A stretch of DNA of 64,000 bases from Syncephalis fuscata S228 (Eukaryota; Fungi; Zoopagomycota), in contig JAHLTZ010000017.1 in the NCBI GenBank assembly GCA_025786725.1, forward strand, positions 372,001-436,000, in the 5' to 3' direction. A model generated the notes under the pieces. The model had not been told where the DNA came from and did not search any database. It worked only from the letters and a program-made list of their open reading frames with translations. This document shows, piece by piece, positions 47,276 to 59,670 of the stretch (positions are counted from its first letter, which is position 1; each line of letters begins with the position of its first letter). The translations under genes were made by a program, and so were the position numbers.

Positions 47276-47433
47276 CGGTGCAGCTACATTTGTTTGTTTG
47301 TTTGTTATTAATAAATATACTTTATTATAGGAGAATTTAGAAAATACACCGTTTTGAAATTTCACCGTAATAAAGTCCTCTTTTTAAAATTTATTTAATA
47401 AATAAAAATAAATCATTGTTAATTTTATTTATT

Positions 47434-47535
47434 GAAATACATTGTTTTGAAAATCCACCAAATGTTTACCAAACTATTTAAAGAAGCTATATTTAATAGT
47501 ATTGAAACAGTAGTTGATGTTGAAATAAACGCTTT
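47434..47535 (+). repeat. Dispersed repeat, copy 1 (possible transposon relic)
   Basis: Aligns by eye to 55395-55484 (GTTTT.AAAA.TCCACCA...CTATT.AA..AAGCTATATTTA...GATGTTGAA). Confidence 0.55.
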
Positions 47536-47903
47536 TATTGAAGAACAGATATAAACTACCAATGAAACAGCTATAAAAAACATATCATTAAGAGTATTTA
47601 ATTGATGATAAACGTTATTACAAAAAACGAAGTGTGGGGTAAACAAAAAAGATTTTATTAGTAAATAAATTTAAAAATTTAAAAAAACGTATTTTCCTAT
47701 TTAAAATAAAAAACAACGTGTTTTTCTAGTTTTTCTTTTATTATATTACCATTGTTAATAAAGTAAAAGCTTATTCAATAAATGAACTGAAGGCCAAATA
47801 AGTACTATTTCAAATAAAAAATTATGAAATAGCTACGAGAATGCAAACTAATTATAGATTGCAACATAGGATATGGCTACAATAATCACAACATAGCCGT
47901 AGA

Positions 47904-49692
47904 TTATGTTGTTTTAATTTTCGTCATTTTGAGTGTATATATTTGCTTAAGCTGCTGAATTGTCCTGTGGAAGGCGTAGATTATGCCAAAAAAGGTTAAT
48001 AATCCACGTCCATACATCAATGTTATTGGTACGCCACCATGACATACGCTGGTCGGCCGTTTCCAAGTATTTTAATGCACCAGGAATGGCTGCCATTTCT
48101 ATCATATCTGCTACATAAGGCAGTCGACGATTATATAGCTTGGCCATCTTTTGAACTCGACGTGTATTCTTATGCAGCTCTTTGCACTTTCGCCGACCAT
48201 TAGCTGTTCAAAAACGAATGCATAGCGTCGGTTCCAACTTGATCCCAAGTTACATGTTTGCCTACTTTCATCAGCTCAACCTTTTTGCATTAATCAATTG
48301 ATCACCAAATATTGGGATTGCTATAATAGGTGTGCCGGCTTCCATGGCTTCATTAACGGATGCGCTGCCACAGTGGGAAATAAAAAGCTTGACCGCAGTG
48401 TGTTTTAGTACTGCTCGTTGTGGCGCTTTACCCAAAACTCGAATAAATGGATGCTTGCTGTTTAGCATATCTTCAATGCGATGCTCATGGCTTGTTGATT
48501 TGCTTAGACCATCTGTATGATTTGTGTATACTACAGGTGGTAAACTTTCTATTTTTGTATTCATTAATCCCCAGTAGCACCATCGATATATCCAGCTTGA
48601 TAAGCAGCGGATAGCGATTGGACCATCACCTCAAATCGAGCAGGTGTAATGATGCCTATGGATCCAAAGCCAATAAAAATAGTACGTTCACGTACATCAA
48701 GAAACTGTTTAAGTTCAGGGTAAGTGGCGTATATTTCTTTGGCAATACCGGACCTATGTAAACGACATTTGGTCGAGTAGGACGTGGTTGCTATTAAATA
48801 AATTAGTTGACATCAATAATAAATAATTACTAGTGACCGAAAGCTTAGTCCTTACATCAAATCCAATAATCAATGGTACAAGAATAAGGCTTTTTTCAAT
48901 GTATGGTGACTCGCCCGAATATGGTTGAACTCCGTGTTCTTCATAGCATTGTGCTGGTACTCGTAAACGGAACGGTATCGGTAAGCTGCAATGATTGGTA
49001 AAGCTACAACATTGTATAACGATTCAAAAATGAAGCAGACTCCAAATTTGCTACGTAGTTTCAAAAAATGAAGGCAAATAAGAGGCATGACTGTGCTCTG
49101 AAAATTATGTTTAGCTACTAATACTCGATTATCTATGGTATCTTACCGTCCCAATCCAAAGTGGCTGCTCGTACGGCACATGGAACATTCAAGGCATGTG
49201 CAGCATCAATGCATGCTTTGGCAAAGTTATCACACATCACCATATCCATTGGCCTTCATTTCCGGATTTACCAGATATAATATTGTGGAAAATATTGTAG
49301 TATTTCTCGTAGTTTTGATAAAGTAGCATATTCAAAGCCATATGACTGCCCATATAATCATTGAACTCTGTCGTTCCATCTCCGCAAGTTGCTCGGCCAT
49401 TGTTTCCTGGCTTATACCTTCTGTAGGACCAATGTTTATGAGATTGATATCTGGCTGTGGCGCGGCCCATTTAAGTTGTTCTTCAAATGTGGCATAATAG
49501 ACATGGTGATCACGACTAATTAATTCTTGTGATATAGCTAGCAAGTAGCTAGCATGTGATCGCGTTCCATATAGCACACCCACAAGTATTCGAAGAGGTT
49601 TGGAGTTTCAAGTTCATTGGAGACAACGATATCTGATGTAACAGACAATAGTATTGCTACAGCAGCAAAACAATATTTAAAGAAAGCTTCAT
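47904..49692 (-). CDS. UDP-glycosyltransferase (GT1, ER-type) with many frameshifts (assembly errors or pseudogene)
   Basis: GTRSH N-terminal motif and the UGT signature APQRAVLKHTAVKLFISHCGSASVNEAMEAGTPIIAIPIFGDQ; signal peptide and C-terminal hydrophobic segment recoverable after frame correction; one intron near 48790-48855. Confidence 0.75.
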
Positions 49693-51584
49693 AGTTAGCG
49701 AAAAACAAATGGTCAGGGCTTATTGGTTCTGTAAAGTGGCATCTACTAAACATTAGCTATTTTATAGCGGATTTGGCTATAAGCTAAGGCCGTTCGATAA
49801 TTATACATCAAGCTAGATACTACATTTGTTCTAGACCAACGGTTAGAATAAATTAACCGAGCCGATAAGCATGGTTTATTATGTCTGCAGAATTGTCGTC
49901 GTTTTAGTAATACATGCGTTTCATACTCTGCCTGTCATGCGTTGATCGATAATCTGGTTATTAATGCCTTTTTATTAGTATGCGTAAAATGACTAAATTC
50001 TAGAATATTGCAAAATGATACACGATAAACAATTACTAATACCATAACAACACTGATAATATGGTTGGTTATTTTTATTAAATTATTATTCAAATCTGGA
50101 ATCTGATAAAACACAAGACATCGCTAGGTAATTCATTCTAATATGGATGCCAAGCATTTATTTGTACAATTATTGGATATGGAAGCCATCGATTCAATCA
50201 TTTTCTTTATATTTCCTTTACATCCTCATTAATATTATTCATCTTGTTAATGGTCTAGGCTATTATTATCTGACTATTTTTAGTGATTGGTAAAAAATGA
50301 TGGACACGCTGAAACTACAAGCTTGCCTTTTCTTCGCTTAATAGTTTTGCCATGACTTGTTTACTAATATTGTTACAGCCGTGACTTTATGGAATTACTA
50401 TTAATTGCTATGAGTTAACCAATTTATTATTAGTAAACTATACATATATATATATTTAAAACAAGTACAAATGCTTGGAATGTTAGATTTATGTGCACGC
50501 TGACATGTACTAATGTGGTGCATAGCTATTCATAACAACCAGATCAGCATACTTATTATCCAATATCAATAAATTTTTAGCATTGCTCTACTTTTACGCT
50601 TGATATTATTTTGCTATTTAAATGCCGTTTATTATCATATTATTTTTACGAAATATCTAGTGCTGCGTTTATAAGTCTCAGCACTGTTCACATCTTCTAT
50701 AATATAACAAATAACACATTTGAATAATTATTCGATTTGTTTATTGAGTTTAAGATATAACCTTGTTCAAGTTCTTACAGACAACAAATAAAAAGCTATT
50801 AAATATTGAAATCTAATAATAACCAGATTTGACTTATTAATTATAAATAGGTTTAATTTACATCATAGCCCTTGATCTACCGATTTAAATAGCTTAAACT
50901 ACAACATTTACAAATAAAAATAGATTCAGCTACTTAACGCAAGCGCAAAAAAGAAATAAACTAAAGGCCTAGTTGATAAGTAGTATCAAACCATTCTTCC
51001 TATGAATTTAAATGATGCAAATCCTTGTCATACCATGATTACTAATAGCACGACAAATGTTAAATAAACTATTATTTATTTTAAAATAATGCAATGACGT
51101 ATAATAATATTATACAGATACTGCAATAATTATAAATATATAAATGTGTAGAAATATAAGCTATGCTATATTTTATATATTTACAGTATAACAAAAATTG
51201 TGCAGTTTATGATGCTTTTGTGTGGGAATAAACATATAATTTATAGTTACCAAATATGGTTAATACAAGCAAATGAACGTTATTAATGCTGCAACGATAA
51301 AGAATGCTTAAGCATCAACAAGACATAAACTTGTATTGATTGTTAATTGAATGCAAAGCTGCATTATAAATTACTGAATCTTGTCTAGCGCCTTTGCGTC
51401 TCATGATGTTGCTGTATTTCTTTGTTTGGAATGAGTCTTTGAGCTGGTTGGCGGTGTTAGACCGAGCTCGTGTAACTAGCATGTTGCTATATTCGCAGTT
51501 TAATTGGGCTGGCCTTGACTTGTGCTCATAATTTTAATAACTCATTACATTTTACATTCCAAGACTGAAGGCATACTAGACGCA

Positions 51585-54500
51585 ATGGTTACAATAGCAA
51601 CCAGTGCTACCACTGGTAGCCAAGAAGCTGTAGAAGGAGTTAATATAGCGGTCTCAACTATTGAAAATACTACCGTGGTGACAACAGTTGTAACAACCAA
51701 CCAAGTACAAATGGTCAATGAAGTACCATCTGAACCTCCCAATTCCGCGCCAGCACTTAGTAAAGAAAAGGCAGCAATAGCGGTGACAACAACCAGTGAA
51801 TTTACAACTGCAACTGTTGTAGTAAACAACGAACCAAATAAAACACTTCAACATGCAAACACTATGCCAGCTTTACTGGACCGTAGTCGTTCTACATCCA
51901 GCAATAAAACAAACGACACAGAGGAAAGAGTTGGTTTACCGACTGCAGCAGCAGATGTTCTAAGTGATGAATTGCCAACTAATATGATTACAGGTGTCGA
52001 TATGCTTTTGTTTAAGCCAAGAAAATGCCATTTACGAATGTACCACTTTTACGTGGATCTATCACAGCTGCGTATTATTGGCCGTTCACTAAAAAGTGGC
52101 AAAGAAACACACAGTAGGTCGAATTAGCACAAGCAGCTATATAATTTAACATTTTAGTGGCTATTAGTCGACATTGAAAGTATCAAAGAATACCGTATAG
52201 ACAATGAATTACCACAGGCAATGCGTGATCTACCAGAGATGGATGCGCCGACGCGACTACGTGCCTTTAGCATTGTTTATCTAAAGGGATCACGGTATGA
52301 ATCGTTGCATATTATTCCAACAACCAGTGATGTCCAAGTCGATTGGTTAACTGGATTGCAAATTCTTGCACATCGTTACTGTCATCAACATCATGATGAT
52401 GAAACGACTACACTTAAAGAGCAAGAGAATGTGTGGCTTGGTAGACAATGGAAACTGGCCGATAAAGATAACAACGAGAAGCTATCATTAAGCGAGTTTA
52501 CTCGGATTTGCCAACAAATGAATATGGCATTGTCGCAGAAAGAGCTTAAGCTCCGATTTGTGGTAAGTAAAACACTTAAATTACAAAAGAGACAACAAGG
52601 AATGTTATTAATGCAATTCTACGTATGTTAAATTTAATGTTATACAGGAAGTAGCAGGAAACAAAGAAAATGAAATTGAATATGAAGCATTCATTTCATT
52701 GGTACAATCATTAAAGGTTAGACACGACTTGGTCGATATCTTCTATTTGTATTCGCGTGATTACAATCAAGAAGATGTCACACGACCAGCAAATGAATCG
52801 ATAATATGCGTAGTGAACAATTTAAATCATTTCTCGTACATGTTCAAAAGGCAAGTCAATAGTGCAGTGTGCATCAGCGATTCTAATATAATAATATAGT
52901 TACCATTAGCAAAGCCCGATCTTGATGCCATTGTTGCCAAATATACGACAATAATAATGGCGATGGCATAGTAACATTTGAATCATTTACGCGTTTCTTA
53001 CAAAGTGAAGATAATCCGGTGAATCTAGAAGTTAACAAAGGTATTTGGCAAAACATGAAATTCCCACTTTGCCATTATTTTATTCATTCGTCACATAATA
53101 CGTAAGATTAACTAGTGTAGCAGATAACTACATAACTAATTTGTATTTATATCGTATTTTTGAAACTATTAAAAATGAGATAGATACTTAATTGGTAATC
53201 AATTGACCGGCAAGTCATCGGTAGACGCCTATGTATTTGCATTGGAACATGGATGTCGCTGTGTTGAATGTAAGCTGAGTTATTTATTAGTTTATTTATT
53301 TATTTGCTTACGTCAATATCAATGAAAATGATTGCTTACTAGTGGATTGCTGGGATGGGCCTGATGGTGAACCAATTGTTTATCATGGCTATACTCTGTA
53401 AGTGACAGAATAATACAGAAACTTGCTTTGTACTAATACAGTATATATCTATATTTATACACTACTTTATTCCAGTACGACAAAGATTTCATTCCAGGAG
53501 ATTATTACCGTTATTAAGAAACATGCATTTGATCGATCTCCGTTCCCGTTGATTTTATCGCTCGAAGTGCACTGCAAATTGTTACACAAGAACGTATGGC
53601 GTCCATTCTTACGAGACACTTGGTGATATGCTAGTTACAGAATTTCTTACTCCTAATGAAACGGTGCTACCATCGCCACATGATCTCATGTATCGTATTT
53701 TAATCAAAGTAGGTGTATAGTGATAATATTAAATTGGTCAAAATATTAACTTATTCGGTTTTATAGACCAAGGGATTAGGAGAAGCTGATTCATTTACTC
53801 TGAAGCGTAGTACTACTATTATGGTTACCGAGCCTACACTAGAGGACATTGCAGATCCATTAGGTGGGTTGATGCTACGACTGATTGGCAACTGTTTAAT
53901 GACTTTACATTACTACAGATGAAGAAAAGCTGGAGCAAGTAAAACCTGTAAAGTTTGCCTCTTCACTTGCAGCACTTGCCGTTTATTGTCAAACCAAACA
54001 CTTTGTAAGTTTTGGTCACAGTCAAGGTAAATAATTTATGCTACTAAGCAATGACTTGTTTAGTCTAATAATCGCCCAATTAGCCAACGATGCTATTTAT
54101 GAAATGTGTTCATTTGCCGAGTCTACCAATGTAGCTTTGGCTAAAAAATCACCGGCAGCAGCTATCCGACATAATAAAAAGCACCTATCGCGCATTTACC
54201 CATCAGGTAAACGAATCAACTCAACCAACTATGAACCAGTTGTGCATTGGGGTGTTGGCAGCCAACTTGTAGCACTCAATCTGCAAACCTATGGTAAGTT
54301 AATTAAGTAACAGCAGCGCCACTTTATTGTATTATAACAATGGCTATAGCTGCTACAACAGTTATAATAATATTGGTCAGTTAATTAATTGTTGATTGCT
54401 TATTAGATGCAAGTGTTCAATTAAATCGAGCCATGTTTCGACAAAATGGTCAATGTGGCTATGTACTTAAACCACCCCACCTTTACTTACCATCATCAAT

Positions 54501-55108
54501 AAGTGGACCTAATCTAGGACAGCGTACGTTGCGTGTTAAGGTAAATTTATTCAGCAAACTATTTAGTCGCCTATTGATCATTTATTTATTTATATATCTA
54601 TTATTATTGCTACCATTATTATCAGATTATATCAGGCCAGCAATTGCCAAAACCAAAGAATAGCGAGGGAGGCGATGGGGTTGATCCGTACTGCATTGTT
54701 CAGTTGATTAGCCCAACTGGCACGCAAAAATACTCAACAAACTATGTTTACGATAATGGATTTGATCCCATTTGGAATGAGCAGTTTTCTTTAAAAGTCG
54801 AAAATTTAGAATTGGCATTTCTAAGGTAAGTACGCCTATTCAGGTAACCGGTTACGAGTATAACTTAGGCTACGATGATTAGATTTAGCGTTTGGACGAA
54901 AAAATTAACAAAAGCAAATTTATTTCTCGCTTCATTCTGTGTCGTACTAAGTAATCTCCACTCGGGTGAGTAAATAATTAATAGCAGGATTTTCTTATAA
55001 TTAATTGCAATGGTAATACTAGGCTATAAACATGTGCCATTACGTGATTACAAAGGCAACCCATTATTAGGATCGACATTATTCGTGTACACTGAACTCT
55101 CTAGATGA
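51585..55108 (+). CDS. PLC1: Phosphoinositide-specific phospholipase C (PH, EF-hand, X/Y, C2)
   Basis: [68 protein letters not shown] and [10 protein letters not shown]. Confidence 0.93.
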
Positions 55109-55394
55109 ATAAATATTGCAATTATGATGAGGCCAGACGCGCAAGTTATCATTATTCAATTAGCACGTTTATGTGATACACTCATACACATTTTAATAAG
55201 TAAATAATAAACATTTTCTAAATTAACGTAAAAGTAAATAGTTCAAAGCATAAATGTTATAAACAAAACAATTTACAATTAATTTGATTATTACTAACTT
55301 GAATATCAAAATCAGATAATTTGTTAAATTATTAATTGGATTTTTAATGAGTTAGATTGTGCAAAATCAACGCTATTATTATTTATGTTTTTCT

Positions 55395-55484
55395 ATACAA
55401 AGGTTTTAAAAAATCCACCATAGTATCTACTGAGCTATTAAAAAAGCTATATTTACTATATCAAAAAACTGGATGTTGAATTTG
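55395..55484 (+). repeat. Dispersed repeat, copy 2
   Basis: Matches 47434-47535. Confidence 0.55.
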
Positions 55485-56184
55485 ATGAGTTTAAGATTGT
55501 TGGCAATTGTGAATGATGTTGCTCATTCTCAAATGTAAAACCAAAAAATGCACAAGTAAAATCATTAAGTACATATTTAATTATAATATATATTAATAAT
55601 TGTAATAGCTTAATATATGCTATTTTTTTGTTACAAAGCTGGTCTGCTTTTGATTTAATAAAAAAGCGTGACATTGTTACAACAGCAGTAATAAAATGAT
55701 GTAACATTGACCAAGTAACTAAAGGAGAAAAATAGAAATAGTTGCTGTGTCATTTAAATATGCATTAATAAAAGTTAAATAACATAAAATGTGTGGTGAA
55801 AGCAAATTAAGCACAACAAATGCAACAAAGTTTAAATAATATTTCACACATTTATATAATTTAACTATTATATACATTATACAATTGAGCTATTTGACAT
55901 ATTTGTTTGTACTGTCAGTTTGACGCTGATGATTTACTACATAGTGTCACTATAACTACGTTGCATAGTCATAACTGCAGTTGTTATTTTATATAAAATA
56001 AACTAATGTTTATTGTTGATGCTATCTGTGCATCATTAGTTTAATTACTATATGATAAAGTGGGATTAACGCGTATCTAATTAACTAAAAGCATTGCATT
56101 TCCATATTGCTACTTTATTACTTATTTTTATTTGAATTCCATCTTGTCTGAACATTTACTGCTATTTCCAGCTATACTATAGCC

Positions 56185-58837
56185 ATGTCTTTTCCAAACT
56201 CGTTCACTTCAAGTGGTGATAGTGAACCATTTTCGCAAACAGAGTCAACAATACGCAGCGCTGCCCTGCTCTATTACAGCCACACAGCAGATGATTCCAA
56301 TGCATTTGTTGCTGACTCTTCTGTTTCACTCTTCCCTCAACCACCCGCTCCATCTACTGCATCATCTGCATCCACTTTCTCAGCAAGTACATCCAATTCA
56401 AATGACATTATGACGCTTTTTTCATTAAAACACCTGCAACGTGGGATAGTATGTCCATGAAGAACAACACGGTGTTTATGGCTGGATAGAACCGTTTGAT
56501 CTAGAACGTACAGGTGAATAGAGGTGTGTGAATGACTATGGCATAATTGGCTAATCAAATTATAGAGCTATTAATTCGAAGTAACTCGAATTATACTTTT
56601 GGAAATGGGTATGAATGGTAAGTATTAAATTAAGTATTATTGGGGACAAATGGCATTTTAGTAATAATTACGTAACAATTATATTGAATAATACAGTGAT
56701 TACACCATTCTAGATGCAGCGGCACCTGAAAGGTCGTTTCGCATTTATATGGTAAATACTATATTAGTATTTATATTTTGTACTAACTGGTGTTATAATT
56801 TAATATAGGATGGAAGTTTCATTAAGTGTGAAGTAAGTATATTATTACTATTTATATTTTTATAACCAACATTTATTTAGAATATTAATGAAACACCATT
56901 AAATGGTAAATATTAAAACATAACTTAATTATACGCTAACATTTTTTACAGTTAATGATAGAGTTGTAAAAGAAAAGAACATATTATTCTTTTGGAGGAT
57001 GGTTTTATTACCATTATTAATTGCAGAAGTAAGTTATAACAATTGTCGCAACCAATGCAGCCAATAATTAATTAATAGCCACATTTTCCGTGCACGTTAT
57101 GAATTTCATAACTCCATTTGTGCCCGATGATAGTCCGAGCTATACTGAGGTAAATTTAACTAGCATAAAACAATCACATTACATATAACACATGTAACGA
57201 TATATAGGCGGTTGGAAGCAAATACGTTATTACTTCAGCCTTGCTTGGATCGTAAGTACATTGATTATTTATTGTCATAAAATACTAATTACTAATATTA
57301 GCGGCACATTTGGTGAGGTTCGTTTGGCAGTGGATAAAGCCACTAACAAACGAATTGCAATAAAGCAAATGGCTAAGAAGCTGGATGAATCTGGAAGGAG
57401 GCAGAATCGTCTGTTGTATCTTTTCTATCTGAACTTCACCTTCTGAGCAGGGTGGCAAATCATACTTTTATGGTAAATGTACTGGGCGATATGGTTACAG
57501 ATAAGTTTAACTATATTGCGCTTGATAACGCCGAGGGTGGCAATCTGAACAATTATTTAGAGCTGCACCGCCCTTTGTTAGAATCGGCAGCTCAGTACAT
57601 TACACACCAATTAATGCATGGCTTGAAGGTAAGTAAAAATTATAATAACAAATATTTTATTAACGCAAATCAACTAGTTCTTGCACAAAAACAATATATT
57701 GCATCGGGGTAAGTGCAATGCTTATTGATTGAAAATATTTACTAATAGTATTTATTGGTATTATCAAACATTAGACATTAAAGTAAGTAACAATTAACAA
57801 TTCGACACAATCGACTAATGCTGTTGTAGCCCGCCAATATTCTCCTCCGCGGACATCACATGTTCCCACATGTTATGTACTCGGATTTTGGTCTGTCGTG
57901 TGTGTTGCCGAGTGCTGATGCACTTGCAACCGAATACTGTGGTACACCAGGCTTTATGGCCCCAGAAATAATACTGGGGCCAGCATAGGTCGTGATGGCC
58001 TACTAACAGCCGCCGCAGCAGCAACTCCATCGCCCAAGCTTTTACCATCTCGGCCCATTTCCTTGAAGGATATGGAAAAGAAATTGATGTGTGGAGTATG
58101 GGTATAACAATATGTCATTTATTTTCAGGTAAGTTTTAAGTAACAATAATGTTATATCTTTATTAACATTTGTAATTAGAAAAGGGTTTTTTGAAGGATT
58201 TACTGATAACTACTCTCTTGTCAATAAGATGTTGACTGAGAAGCTTCAGTTTAACAGTAAAGTGTGGAAGGGTGTTACAGCACAAGGTAAGTAATATGAT
58301 TTAGCCTAGTACCGTTTATTAACACATTTACAGCTATGAATTTCATAGCTGCTTTATTGAATCCCAGCTCATCATCCAGATATACGGCTGAGATGGCTCT
58401 GGAAGATCCATGGCTCAGTGAGCCATTGGATATACTAGCTGAACGATATCATGACTGTCAGCTAGCACAAGACCTCAAGGACCTGAAACAAGCTGAAGAA
58501 GCTGCACAGGTCGAACTGGTCCAGCATAAAGCAAATGCTGAGCCAGTACAAGACAAGAACAAACGTGAACCAGAAGAGCTAGTGCAATATGCTAAAAAAG
58601 AAACACCGGCCAGTAGCAAGGATTCGACTGTCAAAGACAAACAGGCAGCCGAACAAGCATCACTGGCCAAGGAAGAGCAGGAAGAGGCCAAATTTGCTCT
58701 TCCTCCCAAGCTGAAAAAGCGTCAGCTTTCTCATGCTTCAGAGAATAAAGCTGAGGAGGGCAAGCACAACAAACTTGGTAAGTACATACTAATATACATT
58801 ACAATAACTAACATCAATACTAGACGATGGTTTTTAA
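56185..58837 (+). CDS. Ser/Thr protein kinase, CAMK/Chk2-like, with a possible degenerate FHA-like N-terminal region
   Basis: LGSGTFGEV, IAIK, HRDIKPANIL (8-nt exon 57775-57782), SDFGLS, YCGTPGFMAPE, DVWSMG and RYTAEMALEDPWL. Confidence 0.8.
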
Positions 58838-58948
58838 ACTGTACTTAGTTTTGTGCATTAAATAAATTGTTTTTATTAATTATTTAATGTGATTCGGCGT
58901 CAAATGACTATTTTTAATAACGTTCGCGTAATTGCACTGCGCATTCAA

Positions 58949-59422
58949 TCTATTGAACATGGGGACAAGTGGTGAGTTTTATTTAATTATCACATCATCA
59001 CATTTATTGTTTGTTTGGTAGTCGAATGAATAACATTTAATAACGCCCAATCTATTAAACATGATGTTGGGTAATGAATCAGTCGACATTTATTAATAAT
59101 AAAGCTAGAAAAAAAATATTTGGATGGAGGAAGACTAGGCGATTATAGAATGATATACAGCATGATAAATGTACGGTAGGAAAGCATATAAAATAATGTT
59201 AAAGTTATAGTGCATATAACATAATGAGTAAACTGAATAAAGTATAATGGAACATATAAATAATAGAATGTGTCTAGTATATCATTTGATGATATATAGT
59301 AGTTTGGGATATAATGGGAATGATATAGGTGAATAGAGTATATATGCATATTGATAATAAATCTACAATGATGAGTATTTAATAATTGATATCACTCACC
59401 GCCCATCATTATGTTCAATAGA
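58949..59422. mobile_element. Candidate MITE-like element with degenerate terminal inverted repeats of about 60 bp
   Basis: Left end TCTATTGAACATGGGGACAAGTGGTGAGT versus reverse complement of the right end TCTATTGAACATAATGATGGGCGGTGAGT; no clear target-site duplication. Confidence 0.45.
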
Positions 59423-59670
59423 AAAATGTGTAGTTAAACTACGCGAATGTTATCAGCAATAATCATTTAACACCAAATAATAATGAGTCATTAATATTTA
59501 TTAATAAGAATCATATGTTTATCATTAGCTATATTCTTTGTATTGCTGGCTTGGTTCAATTAGTCATTCATATGCACATGCAATGCTTCAATACGTTCTA
59601 GATGAATAAATCTTTAATCTGCAACCTTTATTCCTAATCTTATCATAATCAACCACCGTACAATGCTAGT

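Noticed and set aside
50140-50430. Hydrophobic stop-interrupted frame suggesting a membrane-protein pseudogene
   Set aside because: No recognisable family; AT-rich DNA yields I/F/L-rich translations by chance.
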